Below are positions 12,685 through 25,616 of a DNA stretch of 64,000 bases, one piece after another. The stretch comes from Octopus bimaculoides (lineage: Eukaryota), in NCBI RefSeq assembly GCF_001194135.2, contig NC_068987.1, forward strand, positions 77,543,719-77,607,718. The letters run 5' to 3'. The stretch's first letter is position 1. Each line of letters starts with the position of its first letter. Made by a program: the position numbers and the translations under genes. Under the pieces are notes generated by a model. It was not told the DNA's origin, did no database searches, and saw only the letters and a list, made by a program, of their open reading frames with translations.

Positions 12685-13969
12685 GTCATCTCAGTCTCTG
12701 TTGGTTTCATAGCTGATTGCAATGAAAAATGGGTTAAATATTGTGTAACATTTTACCCACTCAAAACAAACTTATGTACAGGAACTTCTTGGATTCTTGG
12801 AACATTTGCTGCATGGACTTACTGGATGGATGCTGGCAGTTCCATAAAGAAGTGCTGATCTTTCAAAGTGGATGGGTTGGACAGTTTGACTGGAAGTGGC
12901 AAGGTGGAGAGGTGCACCATGTTCCAGTCTGATTTGGTATGGTTTCTACAGCTGGACGCCCTTCCTAAAACCAACAAGTTTAGAGAGTGTGTTGGGTGCT
13001 TTGGGTGACACTGCATGAGTGCTTTTACATGGTACTGCATGGGTGCTTTTATGTGGCACTGCTTGGGCCCTTTCACATGATACTGCATTGGCACTTTTAC
13101 ATGGCATGACACAGGCTCTTTTGTGCGGCACCACATGGGTGTTTTTACATGGTACTGGCCCAGGACTCTTGCAGGTCAAGACTCATCACTGGTGGGACTG
13201 GTTTTAATACTTCTGCTGTTGACACGGGTCTTCTTGAATACAGCAAGACCCCAGGCATCTTGGTCCTTTGTCATCTCACCAGATGAGTTCAGTGTCATCT
13301 CAGTCTCTGTTGGTTTCATAGCTGATTGCAATGAAAAATGGGTTAAATATTGTGTAACATTTTACCCACTCAAAACAAACTCATGTACAGGAACTTCTTG
13401 GATTCTTGGAACATTTGCTGCATGGACTTACTGGATGGATGCTGGCAGTTCCATAAAGAAGTGCTGATCTTTCAAAGTGGATGGAACACGTGGAAGTGGG
13501 AGACCCAGGAAGATATGGGACAAAGTGCTGAAAAATGATTTTAGGACACTGAACCCATCTGGTGAGATGACAAAGGACCAAGATGCCTGGGGTCTTGCTG
13601 TATTCAAGAAGACCCGTGTCAACAGCAGAAGTATTAAAACCAGTCCCACCAGTGATGAGGATTGACCTGCAAGAGTCCTGGGCCAGTACCATGTAAAAAC
13701 ACCCATGTGGTGCCGCGCAAAAGAGCCTGTGTCATGCCATGTAAAAGTGCCAATGCAGTATCATGTGAAAGGGCCCAAGCAGTGCCACATAAAAGCACCC
13801 ATGCAGTACCATGTAAAAGCACTCATGCAGTGTCACCCAAAGCACCCAACACACTCTCTAAGCTTGTTGGTTTTAGGAAGGGCGTCCAGCTGTAGAAACC
13901 ATGCCAAATCAGACTGGAACATGGTGCACCTCTCCACCTTGCCGCTTCCAGTCAAACTGTCCAACCCAT
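12685..13969. repeat. Direct repeat (12685-12875 / 13294-13484) plus inverted repeat (12872-13296 / 13545-13969)
   Basis: Read directly: 191-bp direct copies and 425-bp inverted copies, with only scattered differences. Confidence 0.9.
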
Positions 13970-13995
13970 GCCAGCATGGAAAGCAGATGCTAAAT
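13425..13995 (+). mobile_element. RTE-clade LINE 3' end and 3' UTR with (GAT)n tail
   Basis: MDAGSSIKKC*SFKVDGTRGSGRPRKIWDKVLKNDFR...KDQDAW matches the RTE C-terminal GRPRKxW motif. Ends GCATGGAAAGCAGATGCTAAATGATGACGATG. Confidence 0.75.
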
Positions 13996-15101
13996 GATGA
14001 CGATGATGATGATGCATATATATATAAATATATATATATATTTAAAGACGAAAAGAAAATGGAGATTTGGAAGTTAATAATTGTTTATTATTCTTTTCTA
14101 CTCTAGGTACATGGCTCAACATTTTTGGGGAGACGGCCAGTAGATTAGATCAACCCCAGTACACAACTGGTACTTAATTTATCAACCCCGAAAGGATGAA
14201 AGGCAAAGTCAACCTCGACAGAATTTGAACTCGGAATGTAAAGACAGACGAAATACTGCCAAGCATTTTGCCCAAGTGCTAACATCTCTGCCAGCTCGTT
14301 GCCTTAATAATTGCTTATTATTAACAACAGATTGGTCATCTTCACTTCTTACAGCTGTTTCAGTTAATACTCAATAATTTAATTACAAATTTGTACATTA
14401 AATTTACATTTATGTGACATGAGTATAATTCCATCAGAGGAATGCGTACCTTTCCTTCATTGGACACTAAACTCCGCTTGCGAAGACCTGTTGAAGCAAG
14501 TGAAATCGAAATCAAAATCGAACTAAATTTGACGACTGGTACCCATGCCAATGTCGTCTCCTTCATTGGACAAGAAACTCAGCTTGCAAAGACCTGTTGA
14601 GGCAAGCGAAAGTGAAATCGTGATGGCACCTGTGCCCAGCGTCGCCTTTCTGGCACTTGTGCCCGCAGCATGTGTAAGGACTTTCGAGCGAGATCGTTGC
14701 CAGTGCCCCTGGACTGGCTCTTGTGCGGGTGACACGTAAAAGCACCCACTACACTCTCGGAGTGGTTAGCATTAGGAAGGGCATCCAGCTGTAGAAACTC
14801 TGCCAAATCAGATTCGAGCCTGGTGTAGCCATCGGGTTTCACCAGTCCTCAGTCAAATCGTCCATCCCATGCTAGCATGGAAAGCGAACGTTAAACGATG
14901 ATGATGATGATGATGAAAAAAGATGTACCTTTGGAGGTTGTATGTGAGCTCATCAATTCATTTCAAGTGACTTATATCAAATATATATTTTTTTTCTCAG
15001 GAAATTATCTACATTCACTGTGGAATATATGTTATATATAATAACAGCAAGGCATCAATAGGGAAAGTACACAAAGATATATTAAGATTAAAAGTTCTTA
15101 C

Positions 15102-15213
15102 TTTTAGAAATCTTGAATACTTCTCTTTCTCATTAGCCTTAGGAAACTCCCAGTCGAGATCAATTCCATCGAATCGATATTCCCTTAAATAATGTATGGC
15201 TTGTTTGTAGAAT
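15102..15213 (-). CDS. GH18 catalytic exon: FYKQAIHYLREYRFDGIDLDWEFPKANEKEKYSRFLK
   Basis: Intact FDGxDxDWExP motif. Acceptor TTTACAG, donor AAA|GTAAGA, 112 nt, phase 2 to 0. Not in the supplied ORF track in this frame. Confidence 0.95.
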
Positions 15214-15804
15214 CTGTAAACATTTAAATAAATAAGAACAATATTTGGTTAACAGGATAGTAGGCAGATCAATAAAGCTGATGTTACATGTCAATACAAT
15301 GTATTTCACCAGACAACAACTGATAATAATGTTAACAAAAGAAAATATAAGAAACAATATTTTCTGTTTTATAATGAATAGAGTTCGTCTATCACTAATG
15401 AGAGATACAATCAGTGAGTAGTTATGAAGCAATTTTACTTTGATTTTGATTACAAACATTGTTTCTTTATTTTTTTACATGTTTCAGTCATTGGGTGGTG
15501 GCCAATCTAGGACATCACTCCAGCTGGAGCATCACCAGAGGATACAGCAGAATGTGAACTGTATGGCTCAGTTTATATAATAATTAAGTTAGTACTGACA
15601 TAGTCAGTGCAATGAGCATTAAATAATTAACTAAACATGTTTATGTGGCGAGAAAAAGATAACATTTAGTCAATGATTAATATTTTAATAATTTCAACAA
15701 GGAAGATAACATTAAACATGTTTTTGTATTATTAGACCTCTTCAGCATGGAGGCATAGCCTTCACAATACTAGCTGAAGTAATGATAAGAGAAACATACA
15801 ATGT

Positions 15805-16200
15805 TGGCTGTGTGGTAAGTAGCTTGCTTACCAGCCACATGGTTCTGGGTTCATTCCCACTGCGTGGCACCTTGGGCAAGTGTTTTCTACTATAGCCTCG
15901 GGCCAACCAAAGCCTTGTGAGTGGATTTGGTAGACGGAAACTGAAAGAAGCCCGTCGTATATATGTATATATATATATGTATGTGTGTGTATATGTTTGT
16001 GTGTGTCTGTGTTTGTCCCCCCAACATCGTTTGGCAACCGATGCTGGTGTGTTAACGTCCCCATAACTTAGCGGTTCGGCAAAACAGACCGATAGAATAA
16101 GTACTAGGCTTTCAAAGAATAAGTCCTGGGGTCGATTTGCAAGACTAAAAGGCGGTGCTCCAGCATGGCCACAGTCAAATGACTGAAACAAGTAAAAGAG
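15805..16200 (+). mobile_element. SINE family A, full-length copy
   Basis: A-box/B-box-like head GGCTGTGTGGTAAG...GGTTCATTCCC, internal microsatellite, shared tail. Confidence 0.85.
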
Positions 16201-16383
16201 TCAAAGCGTAAAGATGTTATTTTTCTGTTAAGTCAATTATGATGCTTAGAGAAAGCTGTATATTTGCCATTGAGAAAACAGACACTAGAGTCAAGGGAAG
16301 AATGTTGCCCCACCCCTGCCCTATTCAGATACTGCAATTCCGTTCTAGTGAATGTTAGATAGAGGTAAATGTAAATAACATAC

Positions 16384-16663
16384 TTTTTAAGAGTATCATC
16401 ATCTGAATTGACCAATTCCGAAAAACCTCTCTGCACCGACAGCATCACTTTTAACGCAGGGTTTTTCAGCTTCAGATCGACCATTTGCCCGTAGATTTTG
16501 ATGTCAGATGGTGATACTTCAATTAATTCACCATCTTTAAACTTTGCAAATGCAAAAATGAGATGTGTACACAAGAATGGGTCAATGTCTGTGACATGAA
16601 GGAGGCCAGAGGCAAAATAGTAACAAACCAGCTTTTTATTGTTGTTAGCTGATATTTTGGTTT
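16384..16663 (-). CDS. GH18 chitinase-like exon: TKISANNNKKLVCYYFASG...DIDPFLCTHLIFAFA...KNPALKVMLSVQRGFSELVNSDDDTLK
   Basis: VCYY, DIDPFLCTHLIFAFA and KNPxLKVMLSV are GH18 N-terminal motifs. Acceptor TTTCCAG, donor AA|GTATGT, 280 nt, phase 1 to 2. Confidence 0.95.
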
Positions 16664-16799
16664 CTGGAAAGAGAGAGAGAAGAAAAACACAATAAAATAA
16701 AAACATTACAGAAAGTTCAGTTCAATACAAACATCAGAAACACTTTCAGCAAATGTCTACTGGTTTGTCAGATAATTTCCTTTGTTTATTTTTTCTACT

Positions 16800-17110
16800 T
16801 GTGGGGGTGCAATGGCTCAGTGGTTAGGGCAGCGGATTCGCGGTCGGAGGATCGCGGTTTCGATTCCCAGACCGGGCGTTGTGTGTGTTTGTTGAGTGAA
16901 AACACCTAAAGTTCCATGGGGCACCGGCAGGGGGTGGTGGCGATTCCTGTTGTACTCTTTCACCCCAACTTTCTCTCACTCCTTCTTCCTGTTTCTTTCT
17001 TGAGTAACGTTGCGATGGACTGGCGTCCCGTCTAGCTGGGGGAAACACATAAGCCACAGAAACCGGGAAACTAGGCCCATGAGCCTGGCTAGGCTTTAAA
17101 AGGGCACATA
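16800..17110 (+). mobile_element. SINE with family-B head and a different 3' module (GCGATGGACTGGCGTCCCGTC)
   Basis: The first ~190 nt match family B, then the sequence diverges. A similar module occurs at ~24290. Confidence 0.7.
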
Positions 17111-17769
17111 AATAATAAAAAAATTAAAATTTTTTCTACTTGACACTCATCATCATATGTCTAAAAAGAAGGTAAAAATTTATTCAAGTTTCAAGAACAA
17201 GAAACAAAAGTTATAGAACAGTTACAAGCAATCTGTGGCTCTTGGGGCTTTCTGAGTTGCATACATAACAAAAAATTACCACAAATTTTCTTTTAGTAAC
17301 GCTGCCTGTCTGATGATGAGCCATGACTCATGAAGTCTGTTTCTTGGAAAAATGTGGAGCAAGTCTTTTTAGGTGCAGGCATGGCTGTATGGTAAGAAGC
17401 TTGCTATCCAACCAAATGGTTCCAGGTTCAGTCTCACTGCAGAATAAGGACCAGACTTAAAAATAAGTACTGGGGTTAATCTGTTCCACTAAAACCCTTC
17501 AAGCCAGTTCCCCCAACATGGCTGCAGTCCAAGGAGTGAAACAAGCAAATGATAAAAGATACACAAATCCAAAACCAAAATGGTTTCAACCCCCATCAAC
17601 AATTAAAAGCCCCTTACAAAGTTCATGTGAGATCCATAATGCAGCGCTACTCCTACACCTGTGACCAGTGCAGCTGTTATGCCCACAGATATCTTAGACT
17701 GATCAGCATAAAATCACATCATTTGCAAATATGCTCCACAGACATGCTAATTCCACTTTGCTTTTTTTT

Positions 17770-17996
17770 CTACCAAAACCACCACCACCACAACAACTAT
17801 TACCCCACGATCACTATAACTACCACCACCTCACACTACAACTACCACGACCATGACGACGACCACTACCACATTCACAACTGCCATCACCACTACTACT
17901 ACAACGATAATGATGTTAACAATGACAACGGTGACGACAATGATGCCAACAACAACGACAACGGTGACAACAATTATAACCTCCACCACCACCACC

Positions 17997-18031
<35 letters not shown>

Positions 18032-18125
18032 AGAGGCTACTGTTCCTCAGAGCTGGCATGATGATGATGATGATGATAATGATGATAATAATGACGATGA
18101 TTATGACGATGATAATAATAGATTT
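17770..18125 (+). repeat. Compound trinucleotide microsatellite (ACC/ACT/AAC/GAT)
   Basis: Seen directly. Source of the poly-T/H/D ORFs. Confidence 0.9.
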
Positions 18126-18477
18126 TATTGGGCTTTAGAAGTTGTGAAAATTGGAAACCAGTTGAGTTTTCCAATAAATCCATAAATAACAGTGTTTTGT
18201 AGTTTGTTTTGGCTTTGCAATGTTAGTAAACAAATTGATGTCATCGTTAATCATAACAAGGGAAACATTGATTTCTTGCTTAGACAAAAGACCAGTTGTT
18301 GAAAGCAGAGGACATTGTCAATTGCTTTAGTCATATCCTTTCCCATTGTCAGCCTGTAAGGCAGGACACAAAAGAGTTGTGAGACTAGCTGTGTGTTCTC
18401 ATCAAAGGCTGTTCAGGTGTGGATATGTGATACAATTGATTGATAGTTGATACATGCAGGGTAGAAATGTATCCTAT

Positions 18478-19207
18478 AGGGGGTTCTTATAAGGTTGTTA
18501 TCCACCCCTGATTGGAACTCTCCCGTATGACATGTACGCATGCTCAATGACTTGCTTTAACAGTTGCAATCAGCTGAATGCACATTGCCAATGACCTTTG
18601 ACATAATTACCCACACTCTGTGGTCAGGATTCTTTTTTTGGTTTTATGTCGGTACTGAAGGGATTACCAGACACCGGACAATACAGTGAGAGCAGCTTTC
18701 ACTAATATTGTGGTATCCGAGGCTGTGTACGTGTCTGTCGTGGTAAATTATGCCACTCCTTAACTTTTGCTTTGCTTTCATCCGTAGCACGAGGTAATTA
18801 TGTCATTATCTGTGAAATTCGGCAACTTACAAAGATCTTTAGATCAGGCAATACTTCACCGAGAGGAGATATAAGCTTCTGCTTATTCCTGTCTGAAGTA
18901 TCGTCCAATACTTCAGACTTATCGTCCAATGAATTTACTTTGTTGACATTCTTCATCGACAGAATTTTTATTCTTTTCAACCTTTCAGTCAAGTCCGCCT
19001 TTCTTCCAGTAACATACTGTCCATATAATCTTAAATATTTCTTTAACTCAGGCACAGTAAGTACTTCGATAGCTGAATCATCAAGCTGCTTTATATCCAT
19101 GATAAGACGTAAAGCAATAACAATGGTGTCGGTAGTCTCCGGAAGTTTAATTATCTACATGGAGCGCCGCCTAGCCAAGGGAGATAACCTACTTATAGGA
19201 AAGCCCT
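18478..19207 (-). mobile_element. Internally deleted DNA transposon with a decayed SAP + SWIM ORF (ISL2EU-like by inference)
   Basis: SAP motif LTVPELKKYLRLYGQYVTGRKADLTERL. After frameshifts: VRCLVIPS...VWVIMSKVIGNVHSADCNC-stop. Imperfect TIRs AGGGGGTTCTTATAAGGTTGTTATC and the reverse complement AGGGCTTTCCTATAAGTAGGTTATC. AT (or TA) duplication at both ends. Confidence 0.6.
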
Positions 19208-19776
19208 ATACTCACACAGAAATAGAAGGTCAAAAAAGGTATGGACTAAAGAGATGGGCTCCGATGTCAGGATATTGTGTTTCACAGATAAGAAGGCTTA
19301 ATATCAAAAAGAACGGAAATATGTTGTATCAAAGACCCATCCAACCCATGACAGCACTGAAAAACTGGTGTTCTCTATCTAATATATTCAACCATTATAG
19401 GTTCGTTGTGTGGTTAAGAATTTTGCTTCACAACTACATGGCTTTGAGTACAGTTCCACTGCATGGTACCTTGAACAAGTGTCTTCTACTATAGCCCTCG
19501 GCCTACCAAAACCTTGTGAGTGGATTTAGTAGACAGAAATTGAAAGTAGCTCATTGTATGTATGAGTTCTTTTATTCTTTTACTTGTTTCAGTCATTTGA
19601 CTGCGGCCATGCTGGAGCACCACCCTTAGTCTAACAAACTGACCCCCCAGGACTTATTCTTTATAAGCCTAGTACTTATTGTCAGTCCTTTTTGCTGAAT
19701 CACTAAGTTATGGGGGCATAAACACACCAACATCATTTGTCAAGCAATGGATAGGGGACAAACAGACACACACATA

Positions 19777-19821
<45 letters not shown>

Positions 19822-20263
19822 CAGGCTTCTTCCAGTTTCCATCTACCTAATCCACTCACAAGGCTTTGTTTGGCCCAAGGTTATAGTAGAAGACACTTGC
19901 CCAAGGTGCCATGCAGTGAGACTGAACCCAGGACCATGTGGTTAGGAAGCAAACTACTTACCACACAGCCATGCCTGTATTTTTGTATTTATGTGTGTGT
20001 TACTGTCTCCTTTCCTGGACTTCATGTTGATGGTTGTAAACAATTGTCTCTGTCAAGCAAGTGGTGTCGTTTGTTTCGAATCGACTGTGAATACATGTCT
20101 GGTCACAAAGAATATTACCTCACTTGAAAACAGGTGAAGGCTGGCAACAAGAAGGGCATCCAGTTGCAGAAAATCTGCTTCAACAAACTCCATCAAACCC
20201 ATGCAAGCATGGAAAAATGGACATTAGACAAAGATGATGATGACAATGATGATGATAATGATG

Positions 20264-21450
20264 ATGTTTCAGCCTCATTGGACCTCCTCAGTGAAGCATA
20301 CAGTTCACTGTATGCATTGAAGCAGCAATGAGAGAATCCCTAAATATATGTACCAATATTGTACATATATTGGCATGGAAATTTAATGAATCATATCTCT
20401 TTCAGTTCATTGCTTTTGACAAAGTAAATACTATTATCAATATTAGATATAGCTATTATCAATATAAGATATAACAGAGAAAGTTCTAGCTGCCTGAAGC
20501 TAATTGATGCCGACACCAACGACGACGTCGCTGACGCTGAACATTTTCAAAATAGTTTGAAATTTGAGATGAATTTTAAATTTCACTGCAAATTCAAGCA
20601 GGCTGAGCATAGAGACTTCTAAAATATCGAGGGCAATGATGACATATATACAAACATATATATTTATGCATATATGCATGCATAAATTTATAGTAATCAC
20701 ATCATTAAGCCTGGGTGTGAATGGAAGAAGAGGTTGAACTTAAAACCTAGATGAAACACAATTCTATAACACATGTGAAAATGTTCATAGTATAACCTAC
20801 TTTTCAATGACAGCAGCATGAAAATAACAATAGAAAATTAGTGTTAACCTTTTCAATGCCCCCTTTTTTATGTGATGATAAAAAAGAATCAATATTAATC
20901 ATTGACTAATAATTTTAGATTTGGTGAAGTTAATTGCTTCACTGAAGTTCAATAAAATGGAAATATGTCCAGAGCTGTTTCCCTTAATTATTACACGAAT
21001 CAAGTCAATGACTGATTATTTTGTCTCGTTACATAATCGTTATTTAGTTATATATGTGATTTTAACTACATTAAATATCTTAATATTAACTTAATTTTAA
21101 AACATTCAGTTATTGTTAATATGTTTAATGTGGTTAACATTAAATATGTAATAATTTGTGATGAAAAGGTAACATTAATTCCATCACTAATACAATTTTG
21201 ATAATTTCAGCAAGTAACTGGAAACAACTGGACATGTTTCAGCCTCATTGGACCTCCTCAGTGAAGCACAGAATTCACTGTGTGTATTGAAGCAGTGATG
21301 AGAGAATCCCTAAATAGATATACAATATTGTACACTTGTTGGCATGGAAATTTAATGAATCATATCTCTTTTAGGTCATTGCTTTTGACAAAGAAAATAC
21401 TAATTGCTATTATCAATATTAGACATAGTAGAGAAAGTTTCAAGCTAATT
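20264..21450 (+). repeat. Diverged direct repeat, ~220-240 bp (20264-~20505 and 21234-~21450)
   Basis: Both copies begin ATGTTTCAGCCTCATTGGACCTCCTCAGTGAAGC and align with scattered substitutions and indels. Confidence 0.85.
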
Positions 21451-22659
21451 ATCTCAGCAGGTACTAGACAATCAGCTGAGGTAATCAGTGGCTAATATTC
21501 TGTCACTGGTGTTAACAATCTCTGCACCAGGACGCCATGATCGCTAGATATGGTCAGCTTTTGTTTATGACAGTTGTTGAGTCACTAATTAGAGTTAAAT
21601 CAGTTCATCCCCTGTGAACACCAACACAAGTTATAAGTATTAGTGTTAATCTATATCATTGACAAAAACACTACTCTTCAACTCACTCTGTTCAACCTAC
21701 ACCCAGCAGTAAATATATACACATCATGCATCACAGAAATGAATGTGGCATGTATATATTTGCTTTGTAGGCTTCCAATGATTATCTAAAAATCTTTAGG
21801 AACAAATGGGAGAGATGTGGACTCCAATACTGACACAAGGTAGAGATAGCTCTGGACATAAAGCCATAAATGACTAGTCACTCTAGTTTTGGTAACATGA
21901 TAGAATGCACCCAGCACATGATATGATATGGATAATGCTAGACAGGAAGGGCTTCCAGTCATAAAAACTAAACCAAAAATCTGACACGCACAACAAAGAT
22001 GACCAGTTTTCGCTGATGCAGGTTGCACCAGATGTTAAAAGACTGTAGCAAACCGCAAAATACTGAGATAAATCCAGCCCTGCTAACATGGAAAAATGAG
22101 ATAAAATAATGATGACAATAATGATGATGATGATGATGGCGATATGATGATGATGATGATGATGATGAGAGCTGGAAAAAGCAACAGTAATTTGATGTCA
22201 ATATCTCCTAAGCTCTGAGAAGGTTTTGAGAGATGGTGTTTCGCTCTGGTCTCCTAACAAAATCTGGATGAAAAGTAAATCTTCTACTGATTCATTTATC
22301 TGACTACAGAACAAGTAACTGGGAGATATATTTTCTTATCAATAATCATCCTGACTCATTGTAATCAGAAGACATTATATTATCAGAGCTTAAACCACAT
22401 TGCATTTATTTAGCTACATTCACTAAACTGTCATTATTTGAGACTGTGTTGTCCCAGAACCTTCCCTGTCTTGGTTACCAGGTAACAAAGTTATGTGAAT
22501 GGTGGCAATAATTTCTGTGACAGTGATTGTAGTATTGGTGCGGGGATGGCTGAAGTTGTGACAGTAGAGTTGGACGGATAGCTACTGTCATCGCTATTTA
22601 GTTATGTGCCTTGGACAAGGTCCTGATAATTCCCAACCTCCTTATTCAGTTAGAGAGAA

Positions 22660-22885
22660 AGGAAGAGAGTGAGAGAGGATAGACGAAGCAAGAGGAGAGG
22701 GGAGGAGAGAGAGGAGGAGAGAGGAAGTGAGAGAGGATAGATGAAGCAAGAGGAGAGAGGATGTGAGAGAGGAAAGAGGAAGTAAGAGAAAAGGAAGTGA
22801 GAGAGGAGAGAGATGAGGAGAGAGTAATGTGAAAAAGGCGAGAGAAAGAGAAAGAGAGAGAGAAAATGGGAGACAGAAAAGAAGA
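22660..22885 (+). repeat. Polypurine (GA-rich) tract
   Basis: Almost entirely A/G on the + strand, with recurring AGAGAGGA units. Confidence 0.85.
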
Positions 22886-23521
22886 GAATAATTTAACAAT
22901 AAAAGCAAGTAGTTTGTCAGTTTTAGAGGACAAAAGATTACATCATCTTAAAACCATTATTGTCATTGTCATCCTGTTCAACATTCTAGATGACACTGTC
23001 AAAACACTATCATCATTATTAATATCATTATAATTATCATTATTATATTTAACATCAAGACAGCAAAGCTGCCAGAATCAAAGCTGCAGATCAAACAAAA
23101 TGGCTTAGCAGAATTGCTCCCAGCTTTTAACATTCTGAGTTCAAATTCTGGTGAGGACAACTTTGCCTTTCATACTTTCGGGGTTGATAAAATAGTACCA
23201 GTTGGGCCCAGGGGTTGACATAATCAACTTTCTCCCTCTCATTAAAATTGCAGGCCTTCAACCAAAATTTGTAACAGTCATAATTATCGTAAAGGCAGAG
23301 AGCTGGTCGAATCATTAGTGACCTAAGATAAAATGTTCAGCAACATCATTATTACTATTATCATTATTATAATTATCACCGTCATCACTATCATCATTAC
23401 CAACTTCATTATCGTCATTGTTGTTAAGCAAACATAACTTTCACTATGAATGAATTATCACTAATGCTGTAGTTCTTCCATTATCTGATATATTTTTGCA
23501 TCTATGACAACAAATATACTC

Positions 23522-23744
23522 TTTACTCTTTTACTTGTTTCAGTCATTTGACTGTGGCCATGCTGGAGCTCCACCTTTAGTCGAGAAAATCGACCCCAGG
23601 ACTTATTCTTTGGATGCCTAGTACTTATTCTATCGGTGTCTTTTGCCGAACTGCTAAATTACGGGGACATAAACACATCACCATCGGTTGTCAAGCGATG
23701 TTGGGGGGACAAACACAGACACACAAACATATACACACACATAC

Positions 23745-23809
<65 letters not shown>

Positions 23810-23985
23810 CATACATATATACGACGGGCTTCTTTCAGTTTCCGTCTACCAAATTCACTCACAAGGCTTTGGTCAGCCCGAGGCTATAGTAGAAGACACT
23901 TGCCCAAGGTGCCACACAGTGGGAATGAACCCGGAACCATGTGGTTGGTAAGTAAGCTACTTACTACACAGCCACTCCTGCACCT
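23522..23985 (-). mobile_element. SINE family A, full-length copy
   Basis: Same head, body and tail, with expanded (TA)n. Confidence 0.85.
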
Positions 23986-25616
23986 ATGTGTTTCCAGAAT
24001 TTTTTTGTTTTCATCAGTAACTTTGAAAAGCTTGGATGATTGGATAGAAAAGGAAAATGTGCCTTCAATGCAGCCCCTTCTATAATTAATCCATTGACTC
24101 CACATTTACCGTCACACTCTCAAAATCCAATGTCTACCCAAGACTTTATTGAAGTTGAACGTGTGACTCTACATTGGAGGTATATGGTCTGATGGTTAGG
24201 GTAATGGACTCATGATCATAAGACTGTAGTTTCAATTCCTGGACTGGGCAATGTGCTGTGTTCTGGAGCACTCAGCTGGTAAAAGTGAGTAACCCTGTGA
24301 TGGACCAGCATCCCATCCAAGGAGGAATACACATACTAGAAAAACTGGGAAAATTGCCTTATACCCCTTAAAGAGTAATGTGGACTAATTATGTGACTCT
24401 ACAAAGTTGTTTGTTGAGTCAACAATAGAAACTTTTCCATCTACTAGAAATAGCTGCCAAATATCCTTTAAACTATTCTTTGTAATCTTAAAAATGACAG
24501 TGCACATTAAATAATATTGCTCTAGTTATCAATGCTAGCCATCACTCACAAGCAAATATGATATAGAAGCAACAACCATGTTTTTACTAATTATCTCAGT
24601 TACCCACATACTAAAGGGAAGAGAGACATTCAGAGCCCTCCCATCCCTTGACTCAGCAGCACATCCAGGATGTAACAGGTGGAAGTGAAGGGATCACATC
24701 AGCACCTGGCTACAATACATTTTCAGCAGAGTATACAGGAGCAATGTGAAATGAAGCGCCTTGCACAAAGATACATAATGCTGCCTAGCCAAGGATGTGA
24801 ACCCACAACTTTATGATTGTAAGCCTAGGACCCTAACCACTAGGCCATATGCCTGCAAAAAGTACACAGTTTGAAAAAAAGGAAGAAAAAATGTTCATGG
24901 TTTGAATGCCTCTGATCACAATAAATGTCCTGGATCAGGCCAGACCTAGGATACACCCTTTAGCATTTAAACTGACCATATCTGGCTGAAATATTCTACC
25001 TCTTTTCAAATCAGGCATATTACACTTACCCTGCAATGTCATTCTAAAAAATAAACAATCATATCATTGAAATCCCAGAGCTATGAGATTATGCATGATT
25101 AATTCAAAATAACATGAATATAGAAGCATTAAATTTGACATAATAATCTGAATGTTAAGGGTTAAACAGCAATACTGTTGTTGTTTGTATGAATTGTAAT
25201 AAAAGAATTTTATTGGTTCAATAAATTAATTCTTAAGAGAAAAGAAAAGCAATAATAAAACAAAAAAACAAAACAAAGCAAAGCGTATATTGTACATACA
25301 TGCATGTATTCATACACTGAATCATACAAATCTAAGTCAATGATAAGACAGATTTAAGAAGACTATACTTTACTGATAAAGTTTAATAAGTCTGAAATAT
25401 GTTTATAGTTGTTCCCCTTGCCTGCTTAAAAGGTCAGACTTTCTTTTAAGCATGTATATTAAATTTGAAACTGTGTTTTTCATTTCCTTTCTCTAAGAAA
25501 GCAATTTCAGTTAATGAAGAATTTAATTATCCACATTTTTCTGTACATCTCTCGCTATATATATATGTGATTAATCTTAATCCAAGCTATAAGCTTATTT
25601 GAATTATTTCCCTTAG

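Noticed and set aside
17310-17345. CTGATGATGAG...CTCATGAAG hammerhead-like string
   Set aside because: No GAAA after the stem and no stems I or III.
18772-19494. 240-aa + strand ORF, among the longest in the track
   Set aside because: It is the antisense shadow of the SAP ORF and runs into a SINE. No recognisable domain.
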